Assembly: GCA_913041905.1 (NCBI GenBank)
Contig: CAJWJQ010000001.1
Span: forward strand, 1-51,607
Direction of reading: 5' to 3'
Origin: an uncultured Gammaproteobacteria bacterium
GTDB lineage: Bacteria; Pseudomonadota; Gammaproteobacteria; GCA-002705445; GCA-002716945
DNA: 51,607 nt
Made by a program: the position numbers and the translations under genes. This document shows positions 29,773 through 38,486 of the stretch, in pieces (within the stretch, counting starts at the first letter, position 1; every line of letters begins with the position of its first letter). The notes under the pieces were generated by a model, which saw only the letters and a program-made list of their open reading frames with translations, had not been told where the DNA came from and ran no database searches.

Positions 29773-30375
29773 TTATCTTGACTCAAGTATATCATCAATC
29801 AATCCATACTTTTGTGCATCTGATGATGTCATAAAATTATCTCTTTCTGTGTCATTTTGTATTTTTTTAAGTGGCTGACCAGTATTTTTAGATAATATAT
29901 CATTTAATCTTGATCGTATATTTAGAATTTCTTTTGCTTGTATCTCAAAATCTGTTGCTTGGCCTTGGAAACTTCCTAATGGCTGATGAATCATAACTCT
30001 TGAATTTGGAAGTGCGTAACGTTTTTTCTTAGCGCCACCACTCAATAATATTGCTCCCATGCTTGCGGCTTGCCCTACGCACAAAGTACTAATATCAGGT
30101 TTTATAAATTGCATAGTATCATATATAGAAAGTCCGGCTGTAACAGAACCACCTGGAGAGTTTATATACAAACTAACATCTTTTGTTGGATTTTCAGATT
30201 CTAGAAATAATAATTGCGCAACTACTAGATTTGCAGTGTGGTCATCTACTGGACCTACAAGAAAAATGATTCTTTCCTTAAGTAGTCTTGAATATATATC
30301 AAAAGCTCTTTCACCTCTAGGTGTTTGTTCTACTACCATGGGCACAAGGTTATTTGTAATATCATCTTTTTTCAT
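29773..30375 (-). CDS. clpP: ATP-dependent Clp protease proteolytic subunit
   Basis: 200 aa. [14 protein letters not shown] (active-site Ser) and MIHQP (His) motifs. Confidence 0.97.
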   Translation of the reverse strand: MKKDDITNNLVPMVVEQTPRGERAFDIYSRLLKERIIFLVGPVDDHTANLVVAQLLFLESENPTKDVSLYINSPGGSVTAGLSIYDTMQFIKPDISTLCVGQAASMGAILLSGGAKKKRYALPNSRVMIHQPLGSFQGQATDFEIQAKEILNIRSRLNDILSKNTGQPLKKIQNDTERDNFMTSSDAQKYGLIDDILESR

Positions 30376-30378
30376 TAC

Positions 30379-31683
30379 TTAATTTACAACCTCTGAAAAG
30401 TTTTTTTTAATCTTTGTTATTTTACATTTATTTTTAATTTTATTAATTATACCATCTTCAATAATTTTATTCTTAATTTGATTTAAATAATTTTTATCTT
30501 CTTTTGCTTTAGAAACAAGTTCATTTTGTGTTGACTGGCTAGATTTCGAAATGAAATCATATACGTCTTTGTCACTTACCTCAATATTATGTTCTTGTGC
30601 CAATTTCATATAAATTATATTTAATTTAACTCTTTTTATCGCAATAGTTTCTAGTTCTAATTTAGTTTTTTCATCTAACTCTTTCATCATAGATTTATAT
30701 TGATTTCTTATATTTTCTTTTTCATTATCTAACATATTCTTGGGTATTTCAAAATCATTATGCTTTAGTAATTCGTCGTTAATAGATGCGGACAAAATAG
30801 ATTGTTTTCTCTGTTCTAATTCTACAGTCATGTGTTCTAAAACATTTTTCTTAAAATTTTCATGAGTGGATTTGTCTAAACCAAGTTTTTTATAAAATTC
30901 GTTATCTAGCTTGGGTAATAAACCATGATAAATATGTTTTATATTTATAGTATAATCAACGGTCTTTCCTGCTATTTCTTTTTTTATATAGTCCGTTGCC
31001 ATGTTAAATGTAAATTTTTTCTCAGCCCCAACTTTCTCGTCAAGACTATTTCTATAAAATTCTTCGTATAATTTAACCGTCGCATTATCTCCTTTGATTT
31101 TATCGTCAATTATGAAAGTAAAATTTTCTCCTGAAATATCTTCAATTTTTTTACCTTCGATAAATCCATTATAATCTACAACAACCTTATCACCTGATTT
31201 AGCGGCTGCTTTTGATTCTTCCCATTTAATATTTTGTTTTTGAATGTTGCTTATTACTCCGTTAATATCTGCATCTGTTATATCTACTTCAGGTTCTTCA
31301 ATTGAAAGTTTATCCAAAGCGCTTAGTTGAAATAAAGGGTAAATTTCAAACTCTACTGAAAACTTTAAATCATTTTCAAATGATGCTTCGCTTTTTATTG
31401 ACAGCTTTGGAGGACTTGCTGTATGTAATTTATTTTCAGATAATGACTCAGACACTGAAGTTTCAATAATTTTATTAATTACATCAAAATGTATCTTATC
31501 TTTATATTTTTTTATAATAACATTTTCAGGTACTTTCCCTGCGCGAAAACCATCTAACTTAGCTTTTGTGGTGTATTCTTTGACACTATTATTAAATATT
31601 GCTATATATTCTTTCTTAGGAACTGTAATATCAAGCGATCTATTTAAGCCCTCGAGTTTATTTAATTTGCTTATTTTTTCCAT
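30379..31683 (-). CDS. tig: Trigger factor
   Basis: 434 aa. GFRAGKVP ribosome-binding signature near the N-terminus. Directly upstream of clpP. Confidence 0.93.
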   Translation of the reverse strand: MEKISKLNKLEGLNRSLDITVPKKEYIAIFNNSVKEYTTKAKLDGFRAGKVPENVIIKKYKDKIHFDVINKIIETSVSESLSENKLHTASPPKLSIKSEASFENDLKFSVEFEIYPLFQLSALDKLSIEEPEVDITDADINGVISNIQKQNIKWEESKAAAKSGDKVVVDYNGFIEGKKIEDISGENFTFIIDDKIKGDNATVKLYEEFYRNSLDEKVGAEKKFTFNMATDYIKKEIAGKTVDYTINIKHIYHGLLPKLDNEFYKKLGLDKSTHENFKKNVLEHMTVELEQRKQSILSASINDELLKHNDFEIPKNMLDNEKENIRNQYKSMMKELDEKTKLELETIAIKRVKLNIIYMKLAQEHNIEVSDKDVYDFISKSSQSTQNELVSKAKEDKNYLNQIKNKIIEDGIINKIKNKCKITKIKKNFSEVVN

Positions 31684-31689
31684 TGCATC

Positions 31690-32118
31690 TTAGCTATCAC
31701 ATAGATTAATTATTTTATTAATAAAATATTTGATTGCATATTCCCCATTATTAAAAAACCTTGATTCAACTTCATTTTCATTTATATCATCACATTCAAA
31801 CAAAATACACTCCCATTTTTCTATATTATTTTTATTTAACTCAATTAAAGATAATGTTAAATAAAAAGTTGATTGTGTTCCATATTTATTATTTTTTGAA
31901 AAATCTCCATGTTTAATCGTATAATTGTTTATTTTTACTATTGATTTTCTAATATTTTCATTGATTAAATATTTTGATAAATAACCTACAAATGTTTGAC
32001 TTTTTTTATTTTGCAACTCATTAAAATTAATCTTTACTGGAGATTTTCCAAGATGACTGTTTTTGCTTGTTTTTTCTGCAAGTTTCTTTGTAAATTGATT
32101 AAGTAATACTTTGCTCAT
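31690..32118 (-). CDS. Hypothetical protein, 142 aa, no recognisable family
   Basis: Intact ORF with ATG start, 6 nt upstream of tig and 5 nt downstream of the lipoprotein gene. No signal peptide or TM segment. I recognise no motif. Confidence 0.6.
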   Translation of the reverse strand: MSKVLLNQFTKKLAEKTSKNSHLGKSPVKINFNELQNKKSQTFVGYLSKYLINENIRKSIVKINNYTIKHGDFSKNNKYGTQSTFYLTLSLIELNKNNIEKWECILFECDDINENEVESRFFNNGEYAIKYFINKIINLCDS

Positions 32119-32123
32119 AATTT

Positions 32124-32372
32124 CTATTTGTTAATACATATGAATGAGATTATATATTTATTTGGTTGAAATATATATTCAAAATTTTCTTCTCTTAATA
32201 TGTTAAAGGAATGATTGCATTTATTATTAATGATTTCTATACATGTCTCTTTAAATTCTGAAATACACGTCATATTGTCATTATCTACTAATAACTTGTA
32301 TTTACTATCTGAGCCACATGCTGACAATAATGTACAAAAAATAAATATATATAAAACTCTATAATTTTTCAT
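32124..32372 (-). CDS. Small Cys-rich putative lipoprotein, 82 aa
   Basis: Signal peptide with a lipobox (LLSA-C at Cys19). The mature ~64-aa part has four further Cys residues. No family recognised. Confidence 0.6.
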   Translation of the reverse strand: MKNYRVLYIFIFCTLLSACGSDSKYKLLVDNDNMTCISEFKETCIEIINNKCNHSFNILREENFEYIFQPNKYIISFICINK

Positions 32373-32397
32373 AATATGTTTTAACTTAAATTTTATT

Positions 32398-32478
<81 letters not shown>

Positions 32479-32486
32479 AAATTATG

Positions 32487-32561
32487 GGTGGATGATGGGA
32501 TTCGAACCCACGACAACTGGTACCACAAACCAGAGCTCTAACCAACTGAGCTACATCCACC
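32487..32561 (-). tRNA. tRNA-His (GTG) with encoded G-1
   Basis: G(-1)+GTGGATG/TA/GCTC..GAGC/T/CTGGT-TTGTGGT-ACCAG/TTGTC/GTGGG-TTCGAAT-CCCAT/CATCCAC/C. The extra 5' G pairs with C73, as in bacterial tRNA-His. Confidence 0.92.
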
Positions 32562-32585
32562 ATTATTTTAATTTTATCATAATAA

Positions 32586-32660
32586 TCGCGCCTGGAAGGA
32601 CTCGAACCTCCGACCCCATCGTTCGTAGCGATGTACTCTAATCCAACTGAGCTACAGGCG
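32586..32660 (-). tRNA. tRNA-Arg (ACG)
   Basis: GCGCCTG/TA/GCTC..GAGT/A/CATCG-CTACGAA-CGATG/GGGTC/GGAGG-TTCGAGT-CCTTC/CAGGCGC/G. 75 nt. Confidence 0.92.
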
Positions 32661-32670
32661 CAAAATTATC

Positions 32671-32744
32671 ATCGGGGTGATAGGATTCGAACCTACGACC
32701 TACTGGTCCCAAACCAGCCGCGCTACCAAGCTGCGCTACACCCC
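32671..32744 (-). tRNA. tRNA-Pro (TGG)
   Basis: CGGGGTG/TA/GCGC..GCGC/G/GCTGG-TTTGGGA-CCAGT/AGGTC/GTAGG-TTCGAAT-CCTAT/CACCCCG/A. 74 nt. Confidence 0.92.
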
Positions 32745-32755
32745 GTAGATATGCA

Positions 32756-32790
32756 TATTATACCTATAGATTATATTTTTAAAATTAATA
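32756..32790 (-). promoter_or_regulatory. Candidate promoter of the tRNA Pro-Arg-His-Leu operon (perfect TATAAT -10)
   Basis: Minus-strand TATAAT at 32761-32756, 11 nt before the tRNA-Pro 5' end. It is preceded by an A/T-rich UP-like tract and only a weak -35 (TTTTAA). Lies in the 48-nt gap after the cysS stop. Confidence 0.4.
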
Positions 32791-32792
32791 AG

Positions 32793-34145
32793 TTAATTAG
32801 AAATATATTCCCAGATAGTCTTGCCGTCCATATCCTTTATTTTTACTCTCATTGCTGCAAGCTTACCTCTTATTTCATCAGCTTTTTTGTAGTCTCCTTT
32901 AGAACGTGACTCATTTCTTTCTAATATGAGCTTATTTATTAAATCTTCGTCAACCTGCTCAATTTTTATTGATTGGCTTTTATCCAATAAATTAATTCCT
33001 AAAAATAATGCTGCGTTAATTAATTTTTTAGCATCTTTAGTATTCTTTTTTGCATATTTAGATAATTTTGATAAATATGTAATTGCCTCAGGAGTATTTA
33101 AATCATCAGACAATATATTAAGTATTTCATTATCTGTTTGCTCCAGCTTTTTAGTAAATTCTATATTTTCAATGGAAGATCTGTACTTTGTAATAAGGTT
33201 GTGAGCATCTGCTATGGTTCTATCTGTCCAATTTAGTGGTTGCCTGTAATGTGCTGATAACAAGGCCAGTCTGATAGTTATTGGCGAATGATTTTTTAAC
33301 AAATCTTCAATTAAAATAACATTTCCTAATGATTTAGACATTTTTTTCTTATCGACTAATACTATTCCATTGTGAAACCAATAATTACAATATTTTGCCG
33401 AGGACATGCAACTTCCTTGGGCAATTTCATTTTCATGATGAGGGAAAATTAAATCATTCCCTCCTCCATGTATATCTAAAGTGGTTTCTTTTCCAATGAT
33501 TTTTTTAATCATTGAAGTACATTCGATATGCCATCCAGGCCTGCCAATACCCCAAGGGCTATCCCAACCTGGCATAGTAGAATTTGATGGTTTCCATAAA
33601 ACAAAATCTCTGGGTGATTTTTTATAAGAGGCAACTTCAACTCGTGCTCCATCAATCATTTCATCAAAATTCTTTTTAGATAATTGTCCATACTCTTTAT
33701 ATTTAACTGTGTCGAACAGCACATGCTTCTCAGAAATATAAGCATATCCCGAATCTAGGATATCCTTAATTGCATTTATAATCTCTGGAATATTATCAGT
33801 AACTTTTGGTTCAAGCGTTGGGCTTATCATTTCCAAGGCTTGCATGTTAGCGTGATAAACTTTAGTAAACTTAGCACTTATATCATGTACTGTTTTATTT
33901 GATTTGTTAGCAGCTTCTGATATTTTATCATCTACATCGGTAATATTTCTTATGTAGACAACTTCGTTATATTTAACACTTAACAATCTAAATAATATAT
34001 CAGGAATTATAGCTGCTCTAGCATTCCCTATGTGTGGATGACTATACACAGTAGGACCACAAACATATATTGTTACCTTATCCTTGTTTACAGGTATAAA
34101 TTCTTCTTTTTTTCTATTTATGGTATTAAATAACTTTATTGTCAT
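32793..34145 (-). CDS. cysS: Cysteine--tRNA ligase
   Basis: HIGNAR (HIGH) and KMSKSLGN (KMSKS) motifs. 450 aa. Confidence 0.96.
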   Translation of the reverse strand: MTIKLFNTINRKKEEFIPVNKDKVTIYVCGPTVYSHPHIGNARAAIIPDILFRLLSVKYNEVVYIRNITDVDDKISEAANKSNKTVHDISAKFTKVYHANMQALEMISPTLEPKVTDNIPEIINAIKDILDSGYAYISEKHVLFDTVKYKEYGQLSKKNFDEMIDGARVEVASYKKSPRDFVLWKPSNSTMPGWDSPWGIGRPGWHIECTSMIKKIIGKETTLDIHGGGNDLIFPHHENEIAQGSCMSSAKYCNYWFHNGIVLVDKKKMSKSLGNVILIEDLLKNHSPITIRLALLSAHYRQPLNWTDRTIADAHNLITKYRSSIENIEFTKKLEQTDNEILNILSDDLNTPEAITYLSKLSKYAKKNTKDAKKLINAALFLGINLLDKSQSIKIEQVDEDLINKLILERNESRSKGDYKKADEIRGKLAAMRVKIKDMDGKTIWEYISN

Positions 34146-34182
34146 GATATGATATATTCACGCTATATTTAGATTAAAATTT

Positions 34183-34773
34183 ATGAAAAAAATAATTTTA
34201 TTCACTCTAATGTGTCTTACTATAACATTTAGTTATGGTTGCAGTAAAATAGGAATTAATGAACAAGAGGAAAGAACTTTGATAAAACTTAATACAAATA
34301 AAGGGAATATAATAATTAAATTATTTTCTGAAGACGCTCCAGAAACATCAAAAAATTTTATTAATTATGTAGAAGGTGGAAATTATAATGGCACAGTTTT
34401 TCATAGGGTTATCAATAATTTTATGATTCAGGGCGGAGGGCATCTCTCAGATATGTCTGAGATATCTACAGATCCACCTATCGTTAATGAATCTAATAAT
34501 AATATCAGCAATAAGAAAGGAACTATTGCAATGGCAAGAACAAGTGATCCTAATTCAGCAACATCTCAGTTTTTTATTAATCTTAAAGATAATGATTTTT
34601 TAGATATGAAAAATTCTCCAGATGGTTATGGCTATTGTGTTTTTGGAGAAGTTGTTGAAGGAATAGAAATTGTTGAAAGTATTGGTAATGCAGAAACAGG
34701 CAATAAAGCTGGGCACGCCGATGTACCTTTAGCTGATATTGTTATTGAAAGTGCTGAATTAATCGATAGTTAA
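34183..34773 (+). CDS. Cyclophilin-type peptidyl-prolyl cis-trans isomerase with a lipoprotein signal peptide
   Basis: FHRVINNFMIQGG and SATSQFFIN cyclophilin motifs. The N-terminus MKKIILFTLMCLTITFSYG-C is a signal peptide plus lipobox. Occupies the position ppiB holds in E. coli (cysS / ppiB-lpxH). Confidence 0.88.
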   Translation: MKKIILFTLMCLTITFSYGCSKIGINEQEERTLIKLNTNKGNIIIKLFSEDAPETSKNFINYVEGGNYNGTVFHRVINNFMIQGGGHLSDMSEISTDPPIVNESNNNISNKKGTIAMARTSDPNSATSQFFINLKDNDFLDMKNSPDGYGYCVFGEVVEGIEIVESIGNAETGNKAGHADVPLADIVIESAELIDS

Positions 34774-34775
34774 GA

Positions 34776-35498
34776 ATGTCTACTTTATTCATTTCTGATT
34801 TACATCTCGATAATAAAAGACCCAATGTTATAAATTTTTTTATAAATTTTCTTGATAATTTAAATAATGATGTAAAAACTATTTATATACTTGGTGATTT
34901 TGTTGAATATTGGGTTGGCGATGATGACCCTGCTATTGGATTACAAGAAGTATTTAAATTAATTAAAAAAATTTCACAAAATATAAATATATATTTCATG
35001 CATGGAAATAGAGATTTTATGATTTCTAAAAAATATTGTGAAGAAAACGGAATTAAATTATTAAATGATCCAACGGTAATAAACTTATATAATAAAAAAA
35101 TTTTATTAATGCACGGTGACACGTTATGCATTGATGATATAGAATATCAGAAATTTAGACAGATGGTCAGGTCTGAAAAATGGCAAAAAGAAATGCTTAA
35201 AAAATCTTTAAATGAAAGATTATTATTAGCAAAAAATTTAAGAGAAAAAAGTAAAAGTGAAACTGACAATAAAGATGAATTTATAATGGATGTAAATAGT
35301 GAAGAAGTAAAAAAAATTATATTAAAGTATAATGTAGATATTTTAATTCATGGGCATACGCACAGACCTAATATACACAAAATATTTTGTAACAATAAAG
35401 AAGTGAAAAGAATTGTCCTTGGTGATTGGTATGACAAAAGTTATATATTAGAATTAAATCAAGATAAAGTATCTGTATGGAAAAACAACTTATCTTAA
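34776..35498 (+). CDS. lpxH: UDP-2,3-diacylglucosamine diphosphatase
   Basis: LFISDLHLD, GDFVEYWVGDD, MHGNRD and HGHTHRP calcineurin-like metallophosphatase motifs. 240 aa. Confidence 0.93.
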   Translation: MSTLFISDLHLDNKRPNVINFFINFLDNLNNDVKTIYILGDFVEYWVGDDDPAIGLQEVFKLIKKISQNINIYFMHGNRDFMISKKYCEENGIKLLNDPTVINLYNKKILLMHGDTLCIDDIEYQKFRQMVRSEKWQKEMLKKSLNERLLLAKNLREKSKSETDNKDEFIMDVNSEEVKKIILKYNVDILIHGHTHRPNIHKIFCNNKEVKRIVLGDWYDKSYILELNQDKVSVWKNNLS

Positions 35499-36178
35499 TC
35501 TAAAATATCATAGCTTTTAATCTTTTTTTCGCCAACAAGTCTATTAATAATGCCTTTATTAATTCTTCTAACTTTATTTAATTCTGATATCAAAGAAAAC
35601 TTATGTCTTATAAGATTTAATAAATCAACTCCTGTTATAGAAATATCTAAACTCTTATTGTTTTCTATTTCTTTAAACCCTGCTTGATAATTATAAGAAT
35701 AGTATTTTTCTGGGTTTATACTACCTTCTAGTGAATGGTCTAGTGTTATCTCATAACCAATTTCTCGCAAGAAAAGTACCTCAAATCCTACTATTATGAT
35801 ATCAGATGAATCTTCTGTATTTTTTATATATTCTACATACGATTTATAGAGATCATATAATGAGGAGCATGGTTCATTTCTTGGGGTAAATTTATAAATT
35901 AACTCATTAAAATATAAAATTTCTAGCAGAAATTTTGCGTTAATTAAATTGTCAGTACCAAAAATTTCATATTTAGTTAATATAGGTAAATTAGCATTTG
36001 TAAAATTTAAAAGAAGTTCTCTGGATGGTTGTAATATTGATAAATCTTTTTTTTGCTTAATTCCCTTTGCAAGAACAGAAACAAGTCCTTTCTCTTTAGT
36101 TAATATGTCAAATATCATACTTGTTTCACCATAAGGTCTTGAATGTATGATGAATGAGCTTATAAGATTATTCCTCAA
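35495..36178 (-). CDS. recO: DNA repair protein RecO
   Basis: 227 aa. N-terminal OB-fold sequence FIIHSRPYGETSMIFDILTKEKGLVSVLAKG. Follows era. Confidence 0.85.
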   Translation of the reverse strand: MRNNLISSFIIHSRPYGETSMIFDILTKEKGLVSVLAKGIKQKKDLSILQPSRELLLNFTNANLPILTKYEIFGTDNLINAKFLLEILYFNELIYKFTPRNEPCSSLYDLYKSYVEYIKNTEDSSDIIIVGFEVLFLREIGYEITLDHSLEGSINPEKYYSYNYQAGFKEIENNKSLDISITGVDLLNLIRHKFSLISELNKVRRINKGIINRLVGEKKIKSYDILD

Positions 36179-37053
36179 TCTATATACCCCACCTCTTTAA
36201 GAAACTTATAATTATTTTTCCAATTTTTTTTAACCACTACCTCTAATGATATATAAAATTTTTTATTATAAATTTTCTCTAAATAGTCTCTAGACTTTAT
36301 TCCAATATTTTTTATCATTAATCCATTTTTACCAATAATGATTTTTTTTTGATTTAATTTTTCTACCACTATTATTCCTTCTACCTTTATCAAACTTTTG
36401 CTAACCTGGAATTTTTCAACATGCACAGCTGTATCATAAGGAACCTCGCTATGAGTTTTGTCATTAATAACCCCACGTATAATTTCCTGAATAGATAATT
36501 TAATTTGTGTATCTGATACTTCAGTTAGTATTCTATTTGTATTTATTGAAGAATTTTTTATCGTGCTAAGTAATTCTGTTGTGCCTTCTTTTGTTTTAAC
36601 AGATATAAAATAAATACTATGACTAAATTTATCTTGTATTTTCTTTTTTATTTCAATTAATTCATCTTTATTTTTTATTAAATCTATTTTATTAACCAAG
36701 ATTATTATTACAAGATTATGATCTTGAGCTAAATTTATAATAGATTGTTCATATGTAAATTCCTTACTATTTACATCTACCATGATAATAAGGAAATCAA
36801 TAAACCCGAGAGTTTTAATATATGAATTTTTCATTGATGATGAAAGTAAATCGGTATTTTTTAATGATATACCGGGCGTATCATATAGAAAAAATTTATT
36901 TTCTTTATAATTAACCTCATGAATTAAATTTAGTCTCGTGGTTTGTAATTTATTACTTTCAGTAGTAACATAATTATTACAAATAAAATTAACTAATGAA
37001 GATTTTCCGGTATTACTTTGCCCCACAATTGCAATATAAATATTATTTTTCAT
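36175..37053 (-). CDS. era: GTPase Era
   Basis: G1 motif GQSNTGKSSL, DTPG, NKID, and a C-terminal KH domain (IIGKNGLMIKNIG). 292 aa. Lies in the rnc-era-recO order. Confidence 0.92.
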   Translation of the reverse strand: MKNNIYIAIVGQSNTGKSSLVNFICNNYVTTESNKLQTTRLNLIHEVNYKENKFFLYDTPGISLKNTDLLSSSMKNSYIKTLGFIDFLIIMVDVNSKEFTYEQSIINLAQDHNLVIIILVNKIDLIKNKDELIEIKKKIQDKFSHSIYFISVKTKEGTTELLSTIKNSSINTNRILTEVSDTQIKLSIQEIIRGVINDKTHSEVPYDTAVHVEKFQVSKSLIKVEGIIVVEKLNQKKIIIGKNGLMIKNIGIKSRDYLEKIYNKKFYISLEVVVKKNWKNNYKFLKEVGYID

Positions 37054-37741
37054 TTTTAATTTTGTTTAATAAAAATTTAGAAGTTTTTTGTTGCCCTTCT
37101 TGTACTGTTGAGCAAATATGACTTGCTAATTTAGGGTCAACATTAATTTTACATGTAATCTCGAATTTTGGCTTGTGCGGAGGACTAGGAAGTCTTTTTG
37201 TTTTATATATAGGCAACGGTTTATTAATAGATTGCATATATTCTTGTAATTTAGTTTTAGGGTCTTTTTCTCCTATTTTATTTTTTTTCTTAAGTAAATC
37301 TTTATAAATATTTTTAATTATTGTTTCTGTTTTAAGATAACCAGCATCTATAAAAAATGCTCCTATAAGGGATTCCATCAAATTAGCAGCTATTGATGTC
37401 CTTAGAGGGGTGTTTGATTTTATTTTTAAATTTTTATACAGCAAAATGTCAGCTAATTTATACTCGTTTGAAAGTTTTGCAATTGATTTTTTACTTACAA
37501 GAATCTGTGTTTCTCTTGATAGCTCGCCTTCATTAGATTTAGGGTATTTTTTAAACAAAAGATTAGAAATAACTATTCTTATAACTGCATCGCCTAAAAA
37601 CTCAAGTCTTTCATAATTTGTTTTACTAAAACTTTTATGTGAAAATGCTTCTAAAAGCAATGTTTCGTTTTTAAAAGTATAATTAAATAATTCTTTAATC
37701 TTTAATTTTACTGAATCTACATCTTTAGTTCTATTAATCAT
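37043..37741 (-). CDS. rnc: Ribonuclease III
   Basis: ERLEFLGDAV catalytic signature plus a C-terminal dsRBD. 232 aa. Confidence 0.94.
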   Translation of the reverse strand: MINRTKDVDSVKLKIKELFNYTFKNETLLLEAFSHKSFSKTNYERLEFLGDAVIRIVISNLLFKKYPKSNEGELSRETQILVSKKSIAKLSNEYKLADILLYKNLKIKSNTPLRTSIAANLMESLIGAFFIDAGYLKTETIIKNIYKDLLKKKNKIGEKDPKTKLQEYMQSINKPLPIYKTKRLPSPPHKPKFEITCKINVDPKLASHICSTVQEGQQKTSKFLLNKIKNEK

Positions 37742-37744
37742 AAA

Positions 37745-38485
37745 CTAATCTATAGGTAAGCCTATTCTATCAAAAGCTGAGTATGAACTATTAGAGTTCC
37801 AATACATCCATATCATAAAAGCTCTGCCTATTAAATTTTGTTTAGGGACAGGTCCCCAATATCTACTGTCATTACTGTTGTCTCTATTATCTCCAAGAAC
37901 AAAATAAGTGTCCTTTGGAACAACATAAGTAAAATTTTGACCTGGATCAGGATTTTTTGCTATTTTATACCGCTTAATACTATTAGTTTCATTAAATAAT
38001 ATATGATTATGCAATTCATTTTTAAAAATATAATTATCTTCAATTAAAGTTTGTGTGTATTTTTCACCATTTACAAAAACTTCTTTGTTAACATACTTAA
38101 TAGAGTCTCCAGGCAATGCAATAACTCTTTTTATATAATTTATATTTTTATCTTGAGGATATTTGAATACTATTACATCACCATATTTAGGGTCTTCATT
38201 TTCAATTAACGTATAATTAGTCAGAGGTAATTTTATCCCATATTCATACTTCTTCACTAATATAAAATCACCAACAAGCAAGGTTGGTATCATAGAGCCA
38301 GAAGGTATTCTATATGGTTCTACTATGAATGACCTTATGACTAAGACAAAAAATAAAATAGGGAAAAGTGATGCAGTAAAGTTAATTAGCTCAAAACTTT
38401 TAATGTTTTCATTACCTATTTTCATTAAAAGCAGAAATAAACCGCTGGCAAATGTTGCTAATATTAATAATAGTGTAAAATCCAT
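37745..38485 (-). CDS. lepB: Signal peptidase I
   Basis: PSGSMIPTL (Ser box), YIKRVIALPGD (Lys box) and GDNRDNSNDSRYWG motifs. 246 aa. Confidence 0.94.
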   Translation of the reverse strand: MDFTLLLILATFASGLFLLLMKIGNENIKSFELINFTASLFPILFFVLVIRSFIVEPYRIPSGSMIPTLLVGDFILVKKYEYGIKLPLTNYTLIENEDPKYGDVIVFKYPQDKNINYIKRVIALPGDSIKYVNKEVFVNGEKYTQTLIEDNYIFKNELHNHILFNETNSIKRYKIAKNPDPGQNFTYVVPKDTYFVLGDNRDNSNDSRYWGPVPKQNLIGRAFMIWMYWNSNSSYSAFDRIGLPID

Positions 38486-38486
38486 A

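Noticed and set aside
32631-32909. 92-aa plus-strand ORF
   Set aside because: It runs antisense through tRNA-Arg, tRNA-Pro and the 3' end of cysS, so it is an artefact.
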